From Promethearchaeota archaeon (GTDB taxonomy: Archaea; Asgardarchaeota; Heimdallarchaeia; Hodarchaeales; Hodarchaeaceae), in NCBI GenBank assembly GCA_048938105.1, contig JBHLMN010000034.1, forward strand, positions 1 through 22,946: 22,946 bases of DNA. Direction: 5' to 3'. The notes beneath the pieces are model-generated. The model ran no database searches. It saw nothing but the letters and a program-made list of their open reading frames with translations, and had not been told where the DNA came from. Positions 1-9,521 of the stretch are shown piece after piece; the first letter of the stretch is position 1; the number at the start of each line of letters is the position of its first letter. The position numbers and the translations under genes are program-made.

Positions 1-2
1 TC

Positions 3-1046
3 CCGACAAAACTTCCCGAAAAAACTGATGGGAGACTTCCAATGATTCTCGATGTGATGGAAAAATTCAAAGCTGAAGTCCAAGAGAAAACTGCTTTATT
101 TGGTTTGACTACTGGCCCTTTGACCTTAGCATCCCATTTACGCGGAACTAATATTTACTTAGATTTTTTTCAAAATAAAAAGCTCGTCCATGATTTATTA
201 GAGTATACTACCAAAGTCTGTCTTACAATAACTGATTATTATATTGAAGCTGGGATGGATGTTATCGCTATTGTAGATCCTGTTGTTTCACAGATTTCAC
301 CACAAACATTCGAGGAATTTTTATTTGCTCATTTTAAAAGAATTTTTAATTACATTAAGAAAAGAGAACGGTTCTCTTCTTTTTTCGTTTGTGGAGATGC
401 CACCAAGAACTTGTCATTAATTACTCAAACTAAACCTGATTCGATGTTTGTAGATGAGAATATTGATATGGAAAAGGCAATGAAAATTGTCAAACCTAAA
501 AATATTGTACTGGGGGGAAATATTCCTCTCACTACAGTAATGCTTTTTGGCACTCAACAAGATAATATGAAATATGTTGTAAATTTAATTGATTTGGTGG
601 GAAAGAAGAATCTAATAATAGCACCAGGATGTGATATGCCCTATGATGTCCCCCCCGATAACGTCATTGGAGCATTTCAAGCTATTAAAGAACCTGAATT
701 AATAGGGGAATCCTTAATAAATTATGAACAGACTGAAATAGATATTGATGTTGAATTACCCGATTATAATAATCTTCCCAAACCCCTCATCGAAGTATTT
801 ACAATTGATTCCTCCGTATGCGCAGCATGTGGATATATGCTTGCTACAGCTCTTGATGCAAAAACAGAATTTGGCGATAGGATAGAGCTACTAGAACATA
901 GATTTATTAGACGAGAAAGTGTTGCACGAGCTAAAAAACTGCAAATTAAACACCTTCCTTGTATTCTGATTAATGGACAAGTTAAATGGTCCTCTATCAT
1001 CCCTAATAAAGAAGAATTGATAAATGAAATAAAGAGAGTTCTTTAA
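3..1046 (+). CDS. Uroporphyrinogen decarboxylase/MtaA-CmuA family (methyltransferase-like) protein with C-terminal thioredoxin-fold domain; 5'-truncated by the window
   Basis: The frame is open from position 3 (PTKLPEKTDGRLPM...), so the real start lies upstream. Family motifs: GPLTLASHLRG, IAIVDP..SQISP, FVCGD, LGGNI, IAPGCD. The C-terminal ~90 aa contain CAAC and a cis-Pro-type LPCILING. Confidence 0.8.
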   Translation, partial: PTKLPEKTDGRLPMILDVMEKFKAEVQEKTALFGLTTGPLTLASHLRGTNIYLDFFQNKKLVHDLLEYTTKVCLTITDYYIEAGMDVIAIVDPVVSQISPQTFEEFLFAHFKRIFNYIKKRERFSSFFVCGDATKNLSLITQTKPDSMFVDENIDMEKAMKIVKPKNIVLGGNIPLTTVMLFGTQQDNMKYVVNLIDLVGKKNLIIAPGCDMPYDVPPDNVIGAFQAIKEPELIGESLINYEQTEIDIDVELPDYNNLPKPLIEVFTIDSSVCAACGYMLATALDAKTEFGDRIELLEHRFIRRESVARAKKLQIKHLPCILINGQVKWSSIIPNKEELINEIKRVL

Positions 1047-1975
1047 TGCGAACTAAACAGATCCAACTCTTTTTAATTAATGGCTTTCTAGGTTCAGGAA
1101 AAACAACATTTCTTGTAAAACTATTAACTCTTTTCTCTTCCCAAAAATGTGGAGTTCTAATGAATGAATTTGGAGAAATTGGGATTGATGGATTACTTTT
1201 ACCGAAAAAAGATCTTGAACTGATAGAAATCAATGGGGGTTCAATTTTTTGTCAATGTCGACATGATAATTTCATTAATGCACTAATACAGTTTTCAACA
1301 GCTCCAATAGAAATCCTACTGATCGAAGCATCAGGTCTTGCTGATCCTGTTAGCATGGATAAAGATTTACAGATAGTTAGAGAGAAAATTGGGGAGATAT
1401 ATGTATATTCTGGAAAAATTTGTTTGATAGATTCGCTTCATTTTTTACATTTGGTTAATATAGTTCAAATAATTGAGAAACAAATTCAATATGCATCTTT
1501 GGCAATAATCAATAAAATTGATTTAGTAACTCCAGAGAGAGTCTTAGGAATAACAAACAAACTTCTTTCAATTAATCCAAGAATTAAAATCATAAAAACA
1601 AGTTTTGGTAATCTTTCACCAGATCAAAAAATGGAACTATATTCAAAACAAGTTATTACACAGAAAAGCCTTCCAAATATGCGTGCAACTACTAAAATCG
1701 CTACTGATATTTTTTTGAGTGCTGATCATGGATTAGACTCTCACAAAGCACGAAAATACTTTTCTGAATTAGCAAAAGAAACTAGAAGGATGAAAGGATT
1801 TATTCAACTTGATGATGACCAGTGGTATTATTTGGATAGCGTCAATGGAAGTTTATCTCTGACAGAAACTAATTCTTCCCATTTACAAACAACAATAATT
1901 GCCATTTTTAAGGAAGGAGTGGAAGAAAAAGCAATTAACAGAGCAAAAAGTCGTTGGGAGGTCTTCACTACCTAA
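1046..1975 (+). CDS. CobW/COG0523 (G3E family) metal-chaperone GTPase
   Basis: GFLGSGKT Walker A, NEFG, GGSIFCQC metal motif, IEASG Walker B, NKID, and C-terminal RMKG. TAATG stop/start overlap with the upstream gene. Confidence 0.9.
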   Translation: MRTKQIQLFLINGFLGSGKTTFLVKLLTLFSSQKCGVLMNEFGEIGIDGLLLPKKDLELIEINGGSIFCQCRHDNFINALIQFSTAPIEILLIEASGLADPVSMDKDLQIVREKIGEIYVYSGKICLIDSLHFLHLVNIVQIIEKQIQYASLAIINKIDLVTPERVLGITNKLLSINPRIKIIKTSFGNLSPDQKMELYSKQVITQKSLPNMRATTKIATDIFLSADHGLDSHKARKYFSELAKETRRMKGFIQLDDDQWYYLDSVNGSLSLTETNSSHLQTTIIAIFKEGVEEKAINRAKSRWEVFTT

Positions 1976-1995
1976 AAATTATGCTTACGATAAAA

Positions 1996-2760
1996 TCATT
2001 TATTCAAAAAATACCCAAAGTCTTCACATCGGAGTGGACTGGGAGATACAAGATGTTCAGCATACTCTACACCAATTCGAGATCCAAGGGTCTTATTCCA
2101 AGTTAGTAGCATTGAAGGAAAATGCGAAATTTGTGTTGTTTTACTTGGTACAAAACCCTGAGATTTATAAACTAAGATTGCTTTTTCCTTGAGATCTACA
2201 TAGTTTGTAATATCTGTGAAAAAAGAGGTATACCCTTCAGGGTGTAAATCAATGAATCGTACTGGAAAATATAATAATGAATTGATACGATGTACGGGAA
2301 GATTATCAAAGTATTTATCCCACTTTGTAAGCCTTGAATAAAATATTGCTGCTTCTACTATTTGTTGTGCCTGAAAATGGTCAGGAGAGGCCATTAAAGT
2401 TTTCCCATACATGGAAATCACTACCTTCGGACGCCATTTTCGGAAAACAGTAGCTAACTTACATCGTGCTTCAAAAGTATCAAAAAGCTTACGATTCGGA
2501 AGATCTAGGGTAATTCTCTCCGCGCCTAGGATACGAGCGGCCTGTTTTGCTTCTTTTAACCTTCTTTCAGCATAATCAGAATCAAAATCATCAGGAGACC
2601 GATATTTTTCATTTTTTGGTGTTGGTTCCGCATTAGTTAAGTCAATTATACCAGTTTTAAAGCCAGTCTTAGATAATTTTGCTATAGTACCTCCGATTCC
2701 TAGCTCAACATCGTCAGGATGTGGGCCTACCGCCACTACTTCAACTGTTTCTTCACTCAT
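1996..2760 (-). CDS. PIG-L/LmbE family N-acetylglucosaminyl deacetylase (BshB1-like)
   Basis: PHPDDVELGIGGTI zinc motif, IIDLT..E, R..EA..AA.ILG, PDH and YKSQ motifs. Confidence 0.88.
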   Translation of the reverse strand: MSEETVEVVAVGPHPDDVELGIGGTIAKLSKTGFKTGIIDLTNAEPTPKNEKYRSPDDFDSDYAERRLKEAKQAARILGAERITLDLPNRKLFDTFEARCKLATVFRKWRPKVVISMYGKTLMASPDHFQAQQIVEAAIFYSRLTKWDKYFDNLPVHRINSLLYFPVRFIDLHPEGYTSFFTDITNYVDLKEKAILVYKSQGFVPSKTTQISHFPSMLLTWNKTLGSRIGVEYAEHLVSPSPLRCEDFGYFLNK

Positions 2761-2839
2761 TATAATTCAACCTTCTTAACGATTTTTCTAAAAAAGCCAT
2801 AAATGTTCATCGAAAATGGTAAATGCCTAATTTCGTAAA

Positions 2840-3865
2840 TTATTCACGGTCAATGATATCAATATCTGAAGGTCCAGTTCCAATAAAATGAAATTTCATG
2901 TTTAGTTCTTCTTCAATTCCACTTATCCATTTCTTAGTTTCAACTTCTAAATCATCATAGTGACGTTTCCCAGCCTCATTAGGATATACGATATCTAATT
3001 TTGTTAAAGCAAGTTTTGTAGCGCCGTTCAACATAATACTTCTTTTTGCGAGATCTATATTAAAGGGTGCAGCTCTACGTAACCGTCCTGTAACCGTACC
3101 ATATTCGGTCCAACCTTTTCTCCGAGTTTCCTCCTCAGATAATTGGTTAGGTAGAGGTCCTTCACCCACACGAGTGACATAGGCTTTAAAAACGAGAACT
3201 ACATCAGTGATCTTAGTCGGCCCTACTCCCACATCTGCACAAATAGAGGAAGCTGTCACGTCTTTTGAAGTTACAAAAGGATAAGTTCCGTGAAATAGAG
3301 ATAAATGGGTAGCTTGTGTTCCTTCAATTAGTGCAGGTTCCTTATTATTAATTGTTTTATTCACCTCTTGAGGGACATCAATAAGATATGGTTTTAATTT
3401 GCCTATATCGCGAGCTATCTTCAATACGCGACGTACACGATCTTGATTGGCTGGTCCTGTCCCAGCTCCAGATGTTCCGACTGTTTGGGTTAAATATTTG
3501 TCTGTTTTATCAATTTCAATATGTTTAGGGCTTATAATTCCGCATTGTGGATCAACGAACGATATTCCTTTAGTTCCTGTAAGCTCAATTTCTTTAAGAA
3601 AAACCTCAGGATTAACAAGTACACCAGGACCAATAAGAAGTTTTTCAACATGCGAACCACCAATTCCAGATGGAACCATCCGAAGTTTGTACTCTTTACC
3701 CTTAATTACTATAGTGTGGCCTGCATTAGGTCCGACACCTCCCTTAGCTACAACCTTAGCTTGCCGTTTATTTACAAGATAGCTAATAATCTTTCCTTTG
3801 CCTTCATCTCCCCAAAAACCACCGACAACGACGTCACATGTCATATTTTTTAAAACTCCGTTCAT
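2840..3865 (-). CDS. purA: Adenylosuccinate synthetase, short archaeal type (true start may be the ATG at 3844)
   Basis: WGDEGKGK, GPNAGHT, EGTQ, GTYPFVTS, YVTRVGEGP, EYGTVTGRLRR, TKLD, IGTGP; ~340 aa. Confidence 0.97.
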   Translation of the reverse strand: MNGVLKNMTCDVVVGGFWGDEGKGKIISYLVNKRQAKVVAKGGVGPNAGHTIVIKGKEYKLRMVPSGIGGSHVEKLLIGPGVLVNPEVFLKEIELTGTKGISFVDPQCGIISPKHIEIDKTDKYLTQTVGTSGAGTGPANQDRVRRVLKIARDIGKLKPYLIDVPQEVNKTINNKEPALIEGTQATHLSLFHGTYPFVTSKDVTASSICADVGVGPTKITDVVLVFKAYVTRVGEGPLPNQLSEEETRRKGWTEYGTVTGRLRRAAPFNIDLAKRSIMLNGATKLALTKLDIVYPNEAGKRHYDDLEVETKKWISGIEEELNMKFHFIGTGPSDIDIIDRE

Positions 3866-3993
3866 TTTTTATCGATTATTTCAAAATTATCAACTTTATT
3901 AGCTTATAAAAAAATTTATGTGCAGTTTCTCACTATTTTCATTCGATTTCAAATAGCAGGTTTTGCGAATGAAACGTTAGAAAAACAATTGTT

Positions 3994-5319
3994 GTGGCCA
4001 CTAAAATGACATCTTTTCCTTATAAACGTTATAAAACCTCGATTGCTGATATTTTTGAAGAAGAAAAGCAATTAGAACTCCAGCTTCTTGTTGAACGAGT
4101 ACTGGCTAGAGCTAATGCTGAATATGGTAAGATTCCACTGGAAGCAGCTGAAGAAATTGTACAATTTGCCCAACCTGAAAATGTATCGCTGAAAAGAGTG
4201 AAAGAAATAGAAAAAGATACCCAACATGACCTTTACAGTGTTGTATTAGCTGCCACAGAAGCATGCCCAAAATACGGCCAATTTATTCATTTGGGAGTTA
4301 CTTCTAGTGATATTCAAGATACAGTAACAGCATTACAGTTAAAAGAAGCAAAAAATATTCTTCTCATACATATTGATGATTTATTACGAATTCTGATCCA
4401 TCTGGCTAGATATTATCGAGATCTTGTATGTATTGGTCGAACCCATGGAAAACACGCAATCCCAACAACATATGGTTTTAAATTTGCTAATTTTCTAAAT
4501 GAGATTTTCCTGGCTAGAGATAACTTGATTAGTGCTAATATTTACGGTAAGCTATCTGGTGCAATAGGTACTTACGCTGCACATGGGACAAAAGAGATTG
4601 AAAATGTAGTAATGCAAGAATTAGGGTTAAAACACCTCCTTATTACAACTCAGGTAGTTCCTAGACTTGTATATTTTCATTTTGTATCAGTTGTTCTTGA
4701 AATTGTAGCTGTACTCGATAAATTAGCTAAAGAGCTAAGAAACCTTCAACGTACTGAAATTGGTGAAGTTATTGAAGAATTTGGTGAAAAACAAGTTGGT
4801 TCTTCTACAATGCCACAAAAGAGGAATCCTTGGAAGCTAGAAAGAGTGTGTGGGATCGCCCGATATCTCCGTTCTCTTTCTGTATCAACTTTGGAGAACA
4901 TTTCATTAGAACATGAGAGGGATATGTCTAATTCAAGCACTGAACGATTAATTTTACCACAACTTATTACTTTAACAGATTTCTTATTGATAGAAATGAA
5001 AGAAATTCTCAATAGATTAACCATCAACGAAGAAAATGTTAAGAGAAACTTATTCTTCTTGGATGGGCGTCAATGTAGCGAAAGGTTATTGATAGAACTC
5101 ACGATTTCGATGGGTAGGCAAAAAGCTCATGAAATTTTGCGCGATCTTACAAAAGAAGATAATTTCAAAGTCGCAGTGAAAAATCACAACCAAATTGGAA
5201 AATTATTTAGCAACAAAGAAATAGATGAGATGTTAGACCCACGAAATTACATTGGATTAGCTCGAGAAGTTGTGGATTTGGTTATCGAGGAGATAGAAGG
5301 AAAAATAGGTGAAAATTAA
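3994..5319 (+). CDS. purB: Adenylosuccinate lyase
   Basis: HD, HLGVTSSDIQDT, GRTHGKHA.PTT.G, KLSGAIGT, GSSTMPQKRNP, HERD..NS..ER; divergent from purA. Confidence 0.96.
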   Translation: MATKMTSFPYKRYKTSIADIFEEEKQLELQLLVERVLARANAEYGKIPLEAAEEIVQFAQPENVSLKRVKEIEKDTQHDLYSVVLAATEACPKYGQFIHLGVTSSDIQDTVTALQLKEAKNILLIHIDDLLRILIHLARYYRDLVCIGRTHGKHAIPTTYGFKFANFLNEIFLARDNLISANIYGKLSGAIGTYAAHGTKEIENVVMQELGLKHLLITTQVVPRLVYFHFVSVVLEIVAVLDKLAKELRNLQRTEIGEVIEEFGEKQVGSSTMPQKRNPWKLERVCGIARYLRSLSVSTLENISLEHERDMSNSSTERLILPQLITLTDFLLIEMKEILNRLTINEENVKRNLFFLDGRQCSERLLIELTISMGRQKAHEILRDLTKEDNFKVAVKNHNQIGKLFSNKEIDEMLDPRNYIGLAREVVDLVIEEIEGKIGEN

Positions 5320-5345
5320 ATAATATTCTAAATAAAATAGTCAAT

Positions 5346-5960
5346 TCATATTGGTTCTATAATTTTAAGGAATTGTTCAATTGAATATTCAGGAATACCT
5401 GCTTCCTCCAAGAAAAACCTTTTGGCTTTAATGGCATCCATCTTTCTCTTCTTTAATTGTTCTGCCATGAATTCATATCGTTCATGGGGAAAAATGATCC
5501 AGCTTTCTGTTTCCTCTACAAAATATTGAGGTTTGACTGTACTCCATGGTTTGTAATATAGAGTCCCTATTCTTACCTCTTGAGGTTTTTTCATATTTAA
5601 ATACTTCATTGCAAAATCTAGAGAAACCCCACTATCAGCAACATCGTCTATAAGTAAAATTTTTTTACCATGAATGTGTCCTGGAAGATCCTGATAAATA
5701 ATTGGTTCCTTCTGTGTTTTTCCAACACCAGAATAAAACCCAATCTGCATAATTGCAAGAGTGGGCTTTTCAAACTCACATAGGAAGAGATCACTGATAA
5801 TTCTTGCTGGAACTAATCCCCCACGACTTATCCCAGCAATAATGTCAGGAAAAAATCCATCTTTTCTAACTAATTTGTAAAGTTTAACAGTTATTAATTC
5901 AATATCATCCCAAGAAGGAGCTTTAAAAGTTAAATCCTTAGATGGCAATCCTGTATTCAC
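5346..5960 (-). CDS. Type I phosphoribosyltransferase, archaeal hypoxanthine/guanine/xanthine PRT-like
   Basis: SWDDI, ISRGGLVPARIISD, PRPP loop LIDDVADSGVSL, KP...KP.YF, WIIFP.E. Confidence 0.88.
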   Translation of the reverse strand: MNTGLPSKDLTFKAPSWDDIELITVKLYKLVRKDGFFPDIIAGISRGGLVPARIISDLFLCEFEKPTLAIMQIGFYSGVGKTQKEPIIYQDLPGHIHGKKILLIDDVADSGVSLDFAMKYLNMKKPQEVRIGTLYYKPWSTVKPQYFVEETESWIIFPHERYEFMAEQLKKRKMDAIKAKRFFLEEAGIPEYSIEQFLKIIEPI

Positions 5961-6398
5961 CCGTTTGGTAAAAAAAAATACTGATTATTTATCCTATTTT
6001 AACTTCTTGAAAATCTTCGTAAAGATTTTGAATGACATTTTATTAAAAAATAAGTGCCTTTTTATTAATATTATGATTCCTAAGATTATATCCTATAGGC
6101 TTAAAGATTCCTTTTGAGACTTAATACTTATTCGATAACATTCTGAATATTATTATAGTTAAATTCCATATTATAATAATGAATTGCGTAATCTTAGAAC
6201 ATATTACCTTATAAAGCATACTATGATAGCTTTAATCCTGCGTTTGAATTAATAAAACATTTTTATTGACAATACTCATTCTTGGATATAATAATAACAT
6301 TTATAGTAGAAACCGAACCAAATGTAGAAATGTTCCTATGTGGTTTATCACTTGTCTTTTAAGCCAATAGAAACGCTTAGTTCTAAGAAGGTATTATT

Positions 6399-7472
6399 AT
6401 GGATCCTAAAAGACGGAAAGAGGCCCTTGTAGGACCAACAATTGTGGCTACTGCTAATGCGATGCGAGCATTCGATGCTCCTGTTAGATATCCCATGCTT
6501 TTCAGTGCATTACCACCAGATTTCTGGTGGAATCCCGAAACAAAAAATATTACCACAGCATTAGGATTAAGTAGTTTTTCCTCTTTTATTGTAACAACAG
6601 AACATATAATTGGAGCATTTATTATCACACCATTAATTTTATTGCGTCGTGGAAAAGATCATTTCATTTCTATATTGAGGCATTTTGAAAAAAGAGAATG
6701 GATAAGTATTATTTTCGTTTCCTTAGGATCAGGATTAGGATTGTATTTTTTTCTCATTTCATTTGCTTTAGGAAATCCAACAGTAGCAATATTACTTCAA
6801 AAAAGTCAACCACTTATTACTTTGTTAGTAGCAATGATTATATTAAAGGAAAGACCTACTAAGTTCTACTATATTGCGATACTATTCTCAATCGCGGGGA
6901 TTTTTTTAATCGCATTCGAAGATCCGTTTCAGATCACTTTGAGCTTTGAGGCTCTAGCCGCTCTATGTTCAATAATTGCAGCAATCTTTTGGGGATCAAA
7001 CACTGTTTTTGGACGGATTTTAACAGAAAAGGCTGATTATTGGGATATAACTACTTTTAGATATATAGGAGGAGCAGTAATATTAATATTCTTTAATTTT
7101 CTTGTTTTCGCTTATACACCTGATAACTTCAATGCTCTTAGTGCATCATTCACTACTTTTCCTCAATTCTTTGAATCAGATCTTGGTATACCTATGCTTG
7201 GAATTTTATGCATTATCTATTCAGCAATTCTAACTGGTGGGATTATTCCTTTAGCTCTTTATTATTTTGGTCTTAGATGGTCAAAAGCTTCTGTTGGTGG
7301 TTTAGCTGAGCTTTCATTTCCCTTATTAGCGATTTTTATTAACTTCATTTTTCTTGGTTTTGGACTTACTCCAACGCAGATTTTAGGAGCTATAATTCTT
7401 TTTGGTGTCGTCTCAATCCTTTCATATGTCAATAAAAGAGAATATGAACAAGAAGCTGTTAATGAAGGCTAA
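6399..7472 (+). CDS. EamA/DMT family permease
   Basis: About 10 hydrophobic segments in two repeats; LLQKSQP, ILKER, FWGSNTVFGR, LYYFGL, ELSFP, QILG. Confidence 0.9.
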   Translation: MDPKRRKEALVGPTIVATANAMRAFDAPVRYPMLFSALPPDFWWNPETKNITTALGLSSFSSFIVTTEHIIGAFIITPLILLRRGKDHFISILRHFEKREWISIIFVSLGSGLGLYFFLISFALGNPTVAILLQKSQPLITLLVAMIILKERPTKFYYIAILFSIAGIFLIAFEDPFQITLSFEALAALCSIIAAIFWGSNTVFGRILTEKADYWDITTFRYIGGAVILIFFNFLVFAYTPDNFNALSASFTTFPQFFESDLGIPMLGILCIIYSAILTGGIIPLALYYFGLRWSKASVGGLAELSFPLLAIFINFIFLGFGLTPTQILGAIILFGVVSILSYVNKREYEQEAVNEG

Positions 7473-7499
7473 ATTTAAAATCAAATACACTTAATGTCC

Positions 7500-7844
7500 T
7501 TAGCTTGACGAATCTTCATATATTATTTCTTCTGAATCAATATATTTCCTGTCAGAGCTTTCGATTTCAATATTTTGTTCATCAGTTGAAGCTGGTTGAG
7601 GTAATAATCCCCAAATTTGTAATGATACAATTAATGCTAAAATTGCTCCAATTAGAGGAAGATCGTTTAGGAATGTGTCCCACCAGATAATATCATTTAT
7701 TACAAGATCAAGTATGATTACTGTAATGAAAATACCAAACCAAAGAGTTAATCCTGCCACAATCCCCACAATGAATCGTTTAAGGAGAGTCTGCTGGTAA
7801 TATTTCATGAACCTCTCTAAATTATCCGATATGAGCTCTTTCAT
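7500..7844 (-). CDS. Small membrane protein (2 TM, acidic C-terminal tail), unknown function
   Basis: 114-aa ORF with two hydrophobic stretches; it fills the gap between neighbours and converges on the DMT gene. Confidence 0.65.
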   Translation of the reverse strand: MKELISDNLERFMKYYQQTLLKRFIVGIVAGLTLWFGIFITVIILDLVINDIIWWDTFLNDLPLIGAILALIVSLQIWGLLPQPASTDEQNIEIESSDRKYIDSEEIIYEDSSS

Positions 7845-8019
7845 TTCTTATCTACCGTTGATAATTGTAGAAACTCTCAATATAATATAAAATTTAACTC
7901 TTCTCTTTCGATTTCTTTTAATATTAACTTGAATTGCTGTGATTTTAGCTTAATTTATAAAGTAACTAAAGGATTTTTTTAAAAATTAAGATTTTAACAG
8001 ATTAAATGAGGATTCAACG

Positions 8020-8607
8020 TTGAAATATACACAAATTCGATGTTTAGAGAACATAATGATGCCTCTGGAGGGGGAGAACCCTCATAATTCTCTATTAAAA
8101 CTCCAATATCCTATTTCAAATGAAAAAAGAATTTTTATTAGAATCGAGAATCCTTTGAAGGAATTTCACAAGAATCTTACGAACTTAATAGATGAACCAA
8201 TATCTAAGATAATAAAAAATCTCTCATCCATTTTAGGTTATGGATGTGGAAGTACACCTGAATCTGATGACATTTTTTTGGGAATTTTAGCCACAATTTA
8301 TTGTTTGAATCCCCAAATAGGCAAAGAGTTTGAATTTTTATCCCAAATTCCTTTTGAAAAACTGACAACCAACCAATCAGCACGATTATGCCGTAGATTT
8401 CTAAAACAAAACTTTCCGTCTGATCTAATTACTTTTCTTAAATTATTGAAGACTCCTCTTTACGATGATCAGGTTAAGATTCGTTTTGAACACGAGATTC
8501 GTAAAATTAGGAGAATAGGGACTTCAAGTGGATATTATTTCCTAATGGGGGTATTATGGGAGTTAAAATATGCCACAGATCACATCAGTTTATCTATAAA
8601 GAAATGA
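8020..8607 (+). CDS. DUF2877 / AllH (oxamate carbamoyltransferase subunit)-like protein, short form
   Basis: LGYGCGSTPESDDIFLG resembles G.G.GLTPSGDD..G; TT..S and IGTSSG...LMG resemble the family's TT..S and G.TSG motifs. Confidence 0.72.
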   Translation: MKYTQIRCLENIMMPLEGENPHNSLLKLQYPISNEKRIFIRIENPLKEFHKNLTNLIDEPISKIIKNLSSILGYGCGSTPESDDIFLGILATIYCLNPQIGKEFEFLSQIPFEKLTTNQSARLCRRFLKQNFPSDLITFLKLLKTPLYDDQVKIRFEHEIRKIRRIGTSSGYYFLMGVLWELKYATDHISLSIKK

Positions 8608-8654
8608 TAATTTTAATTTTATTTTAAACAATGGAAAATAAATTTGTAGAAGTA

Positions 8655-9416
8655 TCATTTATATGTTGTGTACTGTTTCAATGATTCGTAAAGATCCTCC
8701 AGAGTTCCTATAAAATCAGTATGAAAATTTTGGTTCTCATAATCTGGATGTGTCTTGATTATACTGGCAAAAGCCCGAACATTCGATTTAACCAGAAAAG
8801 TCTTTATTCCCAATTTTCCTGCAACCATGTCATTTATTGGGTCATCACCAATAATCATGCATTCCGAAGGTTTTTTCCCGATTCGGTTCAAAAGTTCTTC
8901 ATAGAACTCAAGGTGAGGTTTAGCAAAATGATAATCATCTGCTGATGTTATTTCAAACCAATTAACTATATCTAATCCTCCAATACTCATTCGCTTTTCG
9001 TTTGCTATAGCAGGAAAAAGTGGATTAGTTGCAGCAACTAACAAAAAATATTTTGAAGCAAGAGTTAAAAGGCTTTTCGCAATTGGATGAGCTTTCATAA
9101 TGCGGCATACTTGTTCAAAATCAGTTTCATAGAAATATCTAAATCTGTTCACGATTTCCGAGTGGGAAACTCCGATCCTTGATTCAAAATCAACAGCAAA
9201 TTTCGTAAGATTATCAAGTTCAAGAGGTTCTTTTTCAGTCATTTTGTTTGTAGAAGCTAGAAAAAGTTCCATGAATTTAAACAGATCAGGTTCTTCTTTT
9301 TCAAAGTGCTGATGGATGAATTTTACATAAATCTGCATGAATTCTTGATCATCGAATAAAAGGAGGGTGTTATCAAGGTCAAAAAGCAATGTGGTAATGT
9401 CTGATAAGTCAACCAA
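8655..9416 (-). CDS. HAD-superfamily hydrolase (class IA, possible nucleotidase/sugar phosphatase)
   Basis: Motif I FDLDNTL, motif II ATNP, motif III AKP, motif IV MIGDDPIND..AG.LGIKT. Confidence 0.92.
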   Translation of the reverse strand: MVDLSDITTLLFDLDNTLLLFDDQEFMQIYVKFIHQHFEKEEPDLFKFMELFLASTNKMTEKEPLELDNLTKFAVDFESRIGVSHSEIVNRFRYFYETDFEQVCRIMKAHPIAKSLLTLASKYFLLVAATNPLFPAIANEKRMSIGGLDIVNWFEITSADDYHFAKPHLEFYEELLNRIGKKPSECMIIGDDPINDMVAGKLGIKTFLVKSNVRAFASIIKTHPDYENQNFHTDFIGTLEDLYESLKQYTTYK

Positions 9417-9521
9417 GTGTTTTCACCAGATATTCCTATCAAGGTATGAATTACAAATAATTTTTTAGGCCTTTGTAAAAGGGCAGCTAATGTTTAAGAT
9501 ATAATCAGATCTATCAAAGAA

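Noticed and set aside
5961-6398. Long AT-rich spacer as a possible ncRNA, riboswitch, origin or CRISPR remnant
   Set aside because: No convincing stems, regular repeats or ORB-like motifs were seen. TATA-like words are uninformative at this AT content.
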